A stretch of DNA of 64,000 bases from Lingula anatina (lineage: Eukaryota > Animalia > Brachiopoda). The stretch covers positions 3,782,001-3,846,000 of the forward strand of contig CM120640.1 in NCBI GenBank assembly GCA_051362555.1, in the 5' to 3' direction. The notes beneath the pieces were generated by a model. The model was not told where the DNA came from and made no database searches. It saw only the letters and a program-made list of their open reading frames with translations. Positions within the stretch are counted from its first letter, which is position 1, and each line of letters opens with the position of its first letter. This document shows positions 41,135 to 50,985 of this stretch, piece after piece. Made by a program: the position numbers and the translations under genes.

Positions 41135-44100
41135 CAAATTTTCACTGTCATTCCAAATGAGAATACCTAACCATAATTCCAGGTCGCCTTGGTGTCTTGG
41201 GCTACCCCTGTGATACAAACCAGAGATGTACTACTTCAGGCTCTCAGTGTGTAGGAAACAAGTGCATCTGTAAGGATGGTTTCTATGAGACACAAGGGAT
41301 GTGCAGTAAGTTCTCACAGCCCAAGAGTTTTCATGTTTTGTATACATATTTTTTTCTGTTTTGGTTTTTTTTATATCATATCAACACACACACATGGCAT
41401 GTCAACTAGTATAAATAATTGTATAATTGTCATTTGCTTTAAATTGTCATTTGCTTTAAATTTTATGGTAATAAATAGTGTCAATTTCAGTTCCGTATAA
41501 TGAGATGTAATTGGTTATATCTTATATTTCTTAATTAAATTTGTCATTATTTACTGTGTTTTCTAGAGCAATCTCTTCAGCTAGGTGAGTCCTGCACAGC
41601 AGAAGACATTTGTGGTGATGAGTATGCACAGTGTACACAGGGAATATGTTCTTGTACTGAGGCATATTACACAGTGCAGGGAAGATGTAGTGAGTATATT
41701 TGCTGTGCTTAATAACACATTTTTACTTAATTATTCACACTGGTGATATTTTTATTAAAAGCTTTTTGAACGTAAAGCATTCTATTTTGAATTCTATCAT
41801 GGTCCTGTCCAAAATGAAGGAAGGATGAAATGCCTTGTTTCTTCCAACAATTTGATATACATTAAGTATCATTATATGTATACAGCATCATTGTATTCAG
41901 AATGCTATGTAAATGTTGACAATTGGAATATTTCAGTTCCCAGGGGTGTGCTGAATTCCCCATGTCTGCCAGATGCCGTGTGTTCTACCCCAGGTCTCCA
42001 CTGTAGCTATGGTCTGTGTACATGTAGACAGGACTTCTACCCAGCAGGACAGGACTGCAGTAAGTGGGACATTTCACAGTTGTTGCAGAGCACCTGTTAC
42101 AATTTGAGGACATTTTTGACGATTTCATGCTGATTTAAACTACATGTAGTACCTTGAAATTTGTAAGATACTGTCAAAGTTTAACTCAATTATACCCGTG
42201 AACAGCTGCTCCAGATGGGTGCATTTGTTATACAAACAAGCAATCAAAAAAGTTTGATTTTGTTTTTGTAAGTCACTCAGTTGCCTAGTATCATATATTA
42301 ATTGGATTTAACACCACTTAAATTCTACATTTTCAGGAGAAAAGGTCTTACTAGGTGCAGTATGTGCTGAGAGCCAGGAATGTGCTGATGCTAATGCACT
42401 GTGTATAGGAGGAGTTTGTACCTGTAAACAACCATATATACAGACCAGGCAGATCTGTGGTAAGCCTGAACTATAGTGTATTTTGAAATTTCTTAATACT
42501 GAAGTCAAAATACAAGCAGATCTTACACATGTAATTGTGACTCAAACACCGGCTTGTGAAAAAGAGTTGATAGCAGGATACAAATTTAACATTTTTTTCA
42601 TTGAAAACTCTGAAAAGGAGACTTAAGTTTTCCATTGAATCTATTTTAATTGTTTTTCATTACATTCTTTTATTGATAAATTCCTCTATATAATGTGTTT
42701 TTAAGGATATAACTTAATATTAGTAATGCGAAATTATTTGTAAACTTTCATAAAATATTTTAATCGACCTGATATCAGTAAAATTTTCTGTCAGTTTTAA
42801 ATGTCTTGTTACTAAGTACCTGTGTTTTCCTTTTAGCACTGTCTCGTGTGCGTAGAAGTCTTCATGCTAGCTGTCTAGATGGAGAAAGCTGCAGTGATCC
42901 AGACACTATGCACTGTGCACCCAGTGGTATATGTGAATGTAGACAGGGGTACTTTCCTATTGGAAATATATGCTGTATGTCAAATATCTTAGCTTAGATT
43001 GGTCAAGTATTATACCTTAGATAGGTGCCCTAAGTCTAATTGAGTTTTTATTGGAAATTTATGCAGAAGAGTGAGTGAATCTTATTGAATGTTATAAAAA
43101 TTAGCAAAGCTGTTACATAATGAAAAAAAATCAACTCATTTTTAGAGAAATAGTAACTATATGCATCCTTATGAGTGTATTATTTTGGATTGATAACTTG
43201 AACATTTAAATCTGCAAACACCAATCAGTGAAAAAGTCCTTTCTAATTTCAGCCTTGAAGAAGGCACTGCTGATAAAGTGTAGCCTGGATGTGGAATGTG
43301 CCACACCTAATGCCGGGTGTCATGGTGGTGTCTGCCAGTGTCATCCTCAAACTCACTTCACTGGTGATGCTTGCAGTAAGTTTAGAAAACAGGTTTTCGT
43401 GAATTTATAGTCATAAATTTTGTCCTCATCTCTATCAGATTTTTCATGTCTTACACTATGAAGGTTTTGAGAGGTATTTATTTTTTGACACTTGCTAAAA
43501 AGCATTGCTAACAGCAGTGTTTGGATGATAGTATACAAACACCCTTTTGTTCTATTTTATTCTATCCTGTAGAAATCAAAGGCACGCTGTCTGCCCCGTG
43601 TCTGTCAGGCTCAGGCTGTATAGACTCCAATACTGTGTGTCAGGGTGGACTGTGTCTCTGTCATCCCAGCTTTTATGAGAACAATGGAAGATGTGGTAAG
43701 TTATGTGTATTTTTTGTTTAATGTTTTCTTCTGTTCTTCAGAAGTTCAATGAATTTGTTTCTTTTGTGAAGGGGCTAGAAGCATTAATTTACAAATGTTT
43801 AAGTGGTTTTTTCTTGTCACTGTTTTTTTTTTTTTTTTTTTTTTTTTTCAGTGCCAAAGCGTCCAAACATGGCAGCCTGTGATACTAGCTCCAGTGATGT
43901 CTGCCAGGACGAGAATGCCTTCTGTAATGGAAAATGGTGCCAGTGCATGGAGGGCTTTAACCTGAACAGAGGTTCTTGTGGTATGTATCTTTTCATTTTA
44001 CAGAATTTTTCATGATTTTGGAGTTTGAAGAAAAAGAAAAAATCTGAAGATAATAATTATTTCATATGATGTAATAAATTCTTTCTCAATGCCAGTCAGC

Positions 44101-45919
44101 CAGCTCCCCCTTGGCAGTGTGTGTGAGGAGGGAGACGTCTGCCAGGGAAGGTTCTCATCATGTCAGAGCAGACGATGTCAGTGTGCACAGGGATTTCTAC
44201 AGTCTGGAACATCTTGTGGTAGGCAGATTTGAGGGAAATTATCTTGGCTCATTTAAAGTTATGTTATAGTAATTAATGTATGAGACATAAATGATAAATG
44301 AGGTGACTAAGGTAAACTGAATTTTAATTGGTTTCTAAACCTTAATTACCACATATCCACAGTTTTTATGGATTCTTGTTAAAATTATGAATGGATTAAT
44401 TGACAGTTGGCAGTGAGCAGTGTATGAAATAAAACTACTCTGTGATATGTTATTGTAAAGAGCAAGTTTTTTCAACCATGATTTAAGTCATCTTGAATAT
44501 GCTCTTTCTTGTAATTATGAAAGTTAAGACATTTTGCGACTTGCAAAGTTTCATGTTCCAAACATAAAATTTTTTTGCCTAGGGGTCTTTTATGTACATC
44601 ATGCTTTAGATGTGTAAGAATTTTAATGTTTAAATTTAGATGAACATATAGCCATTAAAATCATATAGATATGTAACATACTTCATATGAAGATCAGATT
44701 GTCATTATTCATTACAAGTAATGCTGCTTTCTTTTCTCCCCATTACATCCAGATAACCATACACTAAAAGAACAGTATAGAACACAATAATTATAATAAT
44801 TGTGTTTAAATTAAAAATTGTCTTTAAATGAGCTATTATCTTCACAGTCCCCCAAGGAGAACCAGGGAGTCTCTATGGACCATGTTTACCTGGAAGACAG
44901 TGTAAATCAGAGCACAGCACATGTGATGAAAATGTGTGTGCTTGTGCTGAGGGTTACTTTGATTCCTCCGGCACATGTGGTAAGTAGAGATAGCATGCCA
45001 AAGCAAATATGAATAATCTGTGTCATTGAAACAACTGAGCATCTTATGAAACATAACAGTAATTGGGATTTTTTTCTAGGTAAAGAATTGAAAATGTTGC
45101 CTTAATGTACAATATAGAGACTGGATTAGCAGTGGTGCCCATAAACAATATAAAGTGGATGAATTCAGTTATCATGTCTTACTTGTAGTTCTCAAGTCTG
45201 CAATAGGGGGTGCCTGCAGTAGCAGCAGGGCTTGTGGAGCTTCCAACTCAGCGTGCAGGAATCAAGTGTGTGTCTGCCAATATGGCTACCAGGAGAAGGA
45301 AGGATTTTGTGGTAAATTTGCTTTCAGCATTTTATTTGTCTTTTTTTATTGACATTTTGTTTAGCAATTGTACCTCATGTCATTAGAGTTGCCAAGAGTG
45401 AGGAACTGTAGGTATTGGTCTTGATGAAAATTATAAGGGATTTTTAAATAATAGGCCATTGGGAGAATGATGCAATTGTCATTGTTCCTTTTATGTGAAT
45501 AACTAATTGATAATTGAAAAACTTCAATTTTTAATATCTTTAATTAATCAAAAATCATCTGCCATGCCTTATATTATTTGCACTCAAGTTTGAACTTATG
45601 AAACTCTATATTTTGATAATCTTCCTCTAGTTCCCCTAGGCAACCTTGGAGACGTGTGTCTATTTGGTCACCAGTGCCTGGACATCAATGCAGTGTGCAG
45701 TAGTGGGGAATGCACCTGTCAGGAAGGATATTACAAACAGGGCGGCCACTGTGGTCAGTAGTTGTTATCTATGTTCTTTTTATTTAATTTTGTTCTGAGA
45801 TATCTTTTCAAAAAATTGTTCTCTTTTAATCCCAAAAATTTGTATACTTTGGAGATTTAAGATTTTGAAAAATTATGAAATTATGAATTGGTTGCAAAAA
45901 TTAAAAGAGAAAAGATAAT

Positions 45920-45973
<54 letters not shown>

Positions 45974-48900
45974 TTTATATAATGATAATAATGATAACAA
46001 TTTTATAATGGTAATGATAGAGAATTCCCTTACAAGTACATAATTTTTATGGCTTTGAAACATGCATGGCTATACTGATGAATACAGATACAAACTCTGT
46101 ATTATTTCAGTCCCAGTGTTACCCCTGAATGCAGAGTGTGTGTTGTCTGATGTGTGTAGAGCAGATCACGCCAGCTGTGTCTTAGGGCAGTGTCAGTGTT
46201 CTCCTCTCTACACACAAAATGGATCAGTCTGTGGTAAGACTGCACCTTGCACACCTGTAGACTGCTAGCAGAAATAGAGTTGTTTTTATAGATGTCATTT
46301 TAAAATTAGTTGGTCTTTTTTACCAATGGGTTACATTTTGCTTTGTATAATTGATTGTGATAACAGGTTATAGATTTTTTCAGGAAATTAGACATGATTT
46401 TTTCCTATTTAAATTAGAAATTAAGTATTTTTCTTGGCAGTTTTCCAATTTAAATAGACCCCAGACTTAGAACATAAGGCTGTTGAACTTTTTCTTCCTA
46501 CTTTTTTCTTACAACCCAAAATATTTGAAAATGTCTGAGAATTTTTCTATTCTGTAGAATTATGTTTTGTAATTCCCTTTTTTGCATGAGTTAAATGTTA
46601 CTATGATCTCATTCCAGCCCCCACCATCCCCCTCTCTTCTCCCTGTACAGAAGGAGATATATGTGAGGACAAGAAAGCAATCTGTACCAGAGGTTTCTGC
46701 CATTGTCAGGCAAAGTACGCCAACGTGGGGGGAATCTGCAGTAAGTGTAACACCACAGCACTATAACTGTGTCCCGAGTGTTTGTATCCATACGATAAGA
46801 TGGTTTTAGAGGCTACAACAGGATTTGCACTTTTGTTTTTGGACTGGTGGCTTCAGGTTATCATGAAGAGGGAGTGGTATAGAAATTGATGGATATGTCT
46901 TTTTTTGCCTTGAAACTTTATGCAAAAGCTGTGCAGTTTGGGGCATTTTGAAGTACACGTATAAACACCCTCAATGAACCTCAGAGTGTGTAGTTTCTTC
47001 CATTTAAAAAAAAAGAAAGCCAGAAAACAAGGGAGGGGGATTTCAAAATTGTAGAACAAAGAGAGTAAACTGATTGTAACATATATTAATTTACACTGCA
47101 TGCTTCCCACAGATATTACAATTTACTCATCATGGTAATTAGGGAGGTGTGTGCCTCTATGACTAGCAGATATGTAATTAGGGTGCGTTTAAAGTGTCAT
47201 AACCCTAGTTATTATGGATATAGGCCAGAAGTGATGTGGTTGGTGTAACTTCAGTTGACCAGGACAATAGTGGCAGATTGCCAAGGATACAGTGGTCTGC
47301 CACTTTGTCCATGGTGATTAGAGTTGAGGACAACTTCTGCTCTCAGATCTCAGATCAATTCCCTCTAGGCCTGACTTGGCCAGTGCACTTGTTTTTCATG
47401 TTCACATTTTATGACAGTAGATATCTGTTATGCAGCACTCACTCAGACTTGAACACCTAGTGCTTTCACATTATTATACTTATTCCCTCTGAGTGAAATT
47501 TTTTTCATGTCATGAGATTTGCCTTTCCATATGCTCATTTTTATGTCAAACATATCATCCACATGCAAGTGTATTGCTACCAGTTTTTTTTTCCAATGGA
47601 CTTACAATGCATCTCAGTCTCATTTCTTTTGTTTAAAATTATTATTATGTTTTAACCTTTTGTTTATATACTTGTGAAAGTGCAAGTAAATTTCAACTTT
47701 AAGTAGAGTAATTATCTCTCCAGCTCCAGTGTCTGCTGGATTGTTGTATGGCAGCTGTCTGCCTGGGGATTTTTGCACTGGCAACAATGTCATCTGCCAA
47801 GATGACCACTGTGTCTGTGTGGAGGGATTCTATGCAAGAAGAGGGGCTTGTGGTAAGTAATAGCTAGCCCATTCCATGTACATCATGAAAACATATATTG
47901 TTTTTTTTTTCATTTTTTTCGTCCTCAGGTCTCAAAATCCTTTGATTTCCAGGCACCACAAACTGTGACATAATAAACATTTCATGACCTCTGCTTCTCC
48001 TGAAAATTTAAGAGGAACTGCCCTAAGCAAAAAGTATTATTTTTCTGCCAAGTTGTCAACATATTTAAAGCGGATGCAATTAGTAGACCTTTTAAAAAAT
48101 TTTAGCATTTCAAGATGTCACCATGATCTTACAGACAATTTCTATGTCCTTCTCATTCCATAGTTTTAAAGGAAATGCCTTAAGCATAAATAGCACCAGT
48201 TAAAAAAAACAGGAACTAAGTACACTTTGAAAATAACAATGCCTTTAATTTAACATCTTATAAAATGCACCATAATTAAACAGGTACTTTCAAACTGTTG
48301 CATTTTCCAAGATCATAAAAGAATTGTCTTAAATGAAAATAACACATACATCTGCCAGCAGATTTATATAAAAAAGATTTCTAAGGTTGCCCAAACTTAA
48401 CTTCTTGGTAAAATTTATTTTCTTTTTATATAGACAGTTGACATCCCTTGTGCTTCCATGTGGGGCTTTACCATGACAGCCAACTAAACATTTTGACACA
48501 TTCAAATTACTCTGAGTGTAGCTGTTTGATTACATTGATCGCACAGCACAGATAATGAAATTCGTTGTTTTATCTCAAACCATTGTATTTGTTTCCCCCT
48601 CCCCCAGTTCCCAGCCTCCCCCCAGGGGCAGCCTGTACCCCCACAGACCTGTGTATCCAGAGAGCCACCTGTATCAGTGGCGTGTGCACATGTGACACTG
48701 GGTATATACAGGAAGACACCACTTGTGGTATGTTGTGTGTTACAGTTGCATTCATACTTCACATTTTGATATTTTATGTTTCAAATTTTTATTGATTTTT
48801 ATTGGGTGTTTTGTAATGTCTGAATTATTTTTATCTTATAATAATTACAGTTATTACTGGTGATATGTTGTATTTTACAATAATATTGTATTCAGAGTTC

Positions 48901-50155
48901 TCACTTTGATATTTGATTTCAGAAAAATGTTTGCCTTGAAATTTTATTGGGATTATTTATTCTTTATTTTTTATAATTTCCCGAGTTTTTCTTGTGATTA
49001 CAGTTGATGCGAGGCCCAGTTTGTTGGTGGAGGAACCACCTTGGACAGACAACCCTGTGTGTAAGTGATATTTGCTCTGATATTTGTAGGCATTGAAGAA
49101 AAGTTTTGATTTAGATACCTTCAAAACATTCAATGTTAACATTAACACAGTTTTCCCATCCATGTGATGAGTTTTATAAATGATAAACTTGAACTCCATA
49201 TAACAGCAATTTTCAAATGTTTTTCTTAATTTATTTTTCAGGGGTAGCATTGTTTGTTATTGCCATGTTGATAATACTGCTGTTGTTATGTGTTGCTTTG
49301 CTGTTATTATATCGGTGGTATCAAAGGTAGGGATTTTATGCGTCTTTTATTTCACAAAAATTGTTAAATGGTATATACTCTTGTACAGTTATAACAATAA
49401 CCAATTGATATTCTTACCAATATTTTTTTTACATTTCTGTCAGATAAACTAAAACTGTTTGTGTTATTAAAGAATTTGCAGTTATTTTATATTATTTTAA
49501 AAGCAGGAGAATGGAACTCCTCATACAAAATGTATTTTGTTGTAGGCGTCAACTGACAAAGCACTACAAAGACCACGAGATGTCAGACTTTGCCTACCAA
49601 CGTCACCAGTCCTATCCTTACATACCCCAAAGCCGCAACACAAGCTTTGCAACGTCTGAGAACATCCACCTTACGGATCTCCCTCAGATTCTGGACCTCA
49701 ATGGGCAGGACATCCCCAGCATGGGGAGCAGTGTCTTTGAGAGCTCAGACAGTGGATATCAGCCAGCCATAGGAGAGGGGGGCCACCCTAGATACCAAGA
49801 TGACCCCAAACATCAGGATAATTCCACCCCAAAGCCACTTAAGAAGGACAGCATCCCCCAGCCTCCACCTGTCAAGCCTAAACAGTTAAAGATGAACTCC
49901 ACGTTTCCCCGCCCCCCTCCTCCTCCTCCACAGGAAAGGCGTGGCACTGTTTTGAGTTTGGCCCGCAGACTCTCCTTCCTGCAGAAACAGCAGCGCTTCG
50001 AGTCCATGAGTCAGGACCAAGCCCAGTCAGCTCCCAACTCACCCGAGATGGACAAACCAAAACTGACCATGAGCTCATCAACACCCATGGTGAATGTTCT
50101 TGGTCATCGGCCAAGTGCATATGGAGAGATCACCGTTATGCCTATAGGTGACTGA
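947..50155 (+). CDS. Giant multi-exon type-I transmembrane protein: SUEL/galactose-rhamnose-lectin-like domain, ~70 six-cysteine EGF/EB-like modules, TM helix, cytoplasmic tail (roughly 3,300 aa; signal-peptide exon not found)
   Basis: Regularly spaced ~120-140-bp AG...GT exons, nearly all ending TGT/TGC + 1 nt | GT, each translating to C-x4/6-C-x5/6-C-x3/6-C-x-C-x~10-C (e.g. 1781-1912, 4237-4362, 24095-24217, 48608-48727). About 70 counted by eye. Linker exon 49004-49060, TM exon 49242-49326 and last exon 49546-50155 join in frame. Confidence 0.88.
3196..3703 (+). repeat. 63-bp tandem repeat, 8 copies, each a copy of the exon 3' half plus its GTAAG splice donor
   Basis: Unit translates to GTCQCVGAYYNKDSSCGKWLR (21 aa); GT donors at 3245, 3308, 3371, 3434, 3497, 3560, 3623 and 3686. 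Confidence 0.95.
4409..4458. repeat. (TG)25 microsatellite, left flank of the 17-kb element
   Basis: Direct reading of the sequence. Confidence 0.95.
4461..4777. repeat. Left terminal motif cluster: AACCGAGGAC x3 and GTCCTCGGTT x4
   Basis: Forward copies at 4477, 4509, 4527; reverse copies at 4537, 4619, 4716, 4754; perfect palindrome caaccgaggacgtcctcggttg at 4526-4547. Confidence 0.9.
5170..5400 (-). pseudogene. Possible degenerate LINE (RT C-terminal) fragment
   Basis: Reverse strand reads LYNTVVRPIL followed, after a frameshift, by CCE, resembling the post-RT motif of CR1/L2/RTE-type LINEs; stops and frameshifts present. Confidence 0.3.
5974..6131. mobile_element. 158-bp foldback MITE with 8-bp target-site duplication AAATTAAC
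   Basis: Ends GGGGCCGTAGCGATAGTCCGAAGGTTCAATGGTCCGAA and (reverse complement) GGGGGCGTCTCGATAGTCCGAAGGTTCATTGGTCCGAA; AAATTAAC at 5966-5973 and 6132-6139. Confidence 0.85.
6596..18235 (+). CDS. Spliced SET-domain / C2H2 zinc finger / tyrosine recombinase / Myb-SANT-like protein (~990 aa)
   Basis: Proposed exons 6596-6610, 9098-9197, 9382-9550, 10425-10620, 10872-10905, 11050-11111, 11486-11531, 12522-12596, 14978-16882, 17097-17147, 17440-17514 and 18003-18235 sum to 2961 nt in one frame. An upstream in-frame exon 6246-6272 is possible. The small acidic linker exons are least certain (tandem CAGAG acceptor at 12517-12521). Confidence 0.75.
7954..8662. mobile_element. Non-autonomous piggyBac-like element (709 bp) with TTAA target duplication
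   Basis: TTAA|CCCTATAGAGACC ... GGTCTCTTAGGAG|TTAA; imperfect 13-bp TIRs; no transposase ORF. Confidence 0.6.
9098..10620 (+). CDS. SET domain exons, KMT5A/SETD8/PR-Set7-like
   Basis: Spliced: KDGFEVRFVNKEKG|SGVFSTKTFSKGEFIADYPGELIS...HCYMYFFKHDGKLLC|LDATKSYERIGRMINDS...PHLVLFAARDLAVGEEITFDYGD, which parallels the SETD8 motifs GRGV..., CYMYYF...CVDAT, GRLINHS and PHLILIASRDI..GEELLYDYG. Confidence 0.9.
9580..10160. mobile_element. Probable non-autonomous repeat in a SET-gene intron
   Basis: 20-bp inverted repeat at 9621-9640/9681-9700 (one mismatch) and an inverted TTATCACACC/GGTGTGATAA pair at ~9728 and ~10139; boundaries approximate. Confidence 0.35.
10678..10723. repeat. (AT)n microsatellite (a second one at 11178-11220)
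   Basis: Direct reading of the sequence. Confidence 0.9.
12785..14678 (+). mobile_element. HINE/Helentron-associated-like non-autonomous element in the SET-YR gene intron
   Basis: Starts in a T-run with hairpin GTACAGAC...GTCTGTAC, then a GC-rich patch and internal ~350-bp degenerate repeats (about 13556, 13894, 14282); ends ...ccatccagtt. No clear 3' sub-TIR seen. Confidence 0.4.
14978..16882 (+). CDS. Large exon: C2H2 zinc finger plus tyrosine recombinase catalytic domain
   Basis: CLFC...RHLSTMH (about 15244-15300); YR-type motifs in canonical order: FNRRRQGE (R, ~16285), GKRGR (K, ~16430), STTLRK (R, ~16655), FLGH (H, ~16735), HREYY (Y, ~16760); no stops over 635 codons. Confidence 0.88.
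18003..18235 (+). CDS. Terminal exon, Myb/SANT-like helix-turn-helix preceded by a basic NLS-like stretch
   Basis: VPKKKAKGKRPWTKEEVSAVLKHL...PGKEAIMEC...LDSRSWKNIKDFCRNR...stop at 18233-18235; W-T-x-E-E and R-S-W-x-x-I-K are Myb-like. Confidence 0.65.
18250..20480. repeat. ~160-170-bp satellite array with higher-order repeats inside the element
   Basis: ATGAAACTCACAGAACTG-type anchor at about 18350, 18501, 18669, 19241, 19404, 19566, 20121 and 20323; a spacer block ATAAGTGGTTTTCCTCAGATTTGATTGTCAGGCATG recurs at about 18946, 19828 and 20511. Confidence 0.85.
21502..21737. repeat. Right terminal motif cluster: GTCCTCGGTT x3 plus one 1-mismatch copy, ending in ACAAG
   Basis: Copies at 21502, 21550 (GTCCTCGTTT), 21684 and 21712; ACAAG at 21733-21737; 21544-21565 is a 21/22 inverted match to 4471-4492. 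Confidence 0.9.
21740..21772. repeat. (TG)11 then (CG)n, right flank of the element
   Basis: Direct reading of the sequence. Confidence 0.9.
39017..39312 (+). repeat. 77-bp tandem repeat (4 copies) of exon 3' end plus splice donor
   Basis: TGTG|GTAAG donors at 39069, 39146, 39223 and 39300. Confidence 0.92.
45922..45973. repeat. (TAA)n microsatellite
   Basis: Direct reading of the sequence. Confidence 0.9.
49242..49326 (+). CDS. Transmembrane exon of gene 1
   Basis: Translates WVALFVIAMLIILLLLCVALLLLYRWYQR: a hydrophobic run followed by basic stop-transfer residues, in frame with flanking exons. Confidence 0.9.
49546..50155 (+). CDS. Last exon of gene 1: ~200-aa cytoplasmic tail
   Basis: Part of ORF 49511-50155; TAG acceptor at 49543-49545; low-complexity Ser/Pro-rich sequence ending SAYGEITVMPIGD*. 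Confidence 0.88.
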
Positions 50156-50662
50156 ACTGTACTTTAATATTTTAACAGTTCTGCCCATAGGTGATTGACA
50201 TGTAACAGTCATGAAACGAGTCATTTGTTAACATATCCTACATATGTTTCTATTACATCTGGGGTTGATTAAAGATTTACACAACCAAAAGGTTGTTTCT
50301 TCACTTGCTTTAAGGTTAAGATTTTCAGTTTTGACATAAATTATCAAACTATTTCCATTTTCACTAAGTTGTCCTCTTTACTTGTTAGCAAGTATGTGAA
50401 AGGGTTAATGTTACCTTACCCACCCTTCTTTTTAATTAGAGTCAAGTGCGGTGACAATAAATATTTTAAATGCTCAGAGAAAAAGAGTTAATTCATGACT
50501 GTATGTTGTTATTCCATTTACTTACAAAACGCTTGTCATTATGCCAGATTTGATTAAGATTCCATCATTTTAACCTATGTGACCTTGTATGACCAAGTAG
50601 TGTCCTACAGCGACTCTCTTTTACGCTGCAGCAATAGAGTCCTGTCTTTGCATTTTAGTCAT

Positions 50663-50985
50663 AACTACCTCCAACAACGTGGAGGTAATGTTTTCATAAC
50701 CTTTTTCTGTGGCAATCGATAGATTTTTGAGTAAATTGTTCACAAATGGCTCAAGAAAGTAATGATTAGATTTTGGTGTTGATACATTTATTAACAAATA
50801 AATTACTTAATAATTAATTTTTTAAAATAGATCATAAATGGACCAATTTAATAAAATTTTCAGGTTAAGTCAAAAATGGACAAAGGCAGAAATGAAAAGA
50901 CTTTGGTGATGATCCATTAATTTATTAATTAACTATGACTTAATTATATGTATTGGCAGAGGTTACGCAGAGTGCTTTTCTAGTT
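50663..50985 (+). mobile_element. Short HINE/Helentron-type non-autonomous element
   Basis: 5' hairpin TACCTCCA...TGGAGGTA followed by ATGTTTT; 3' end TTGGCAGAGGT...GAGTGCTTTTCTAGTT, a layout typical of DINE-1/HINE-like elements. Confidence 0.55.
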
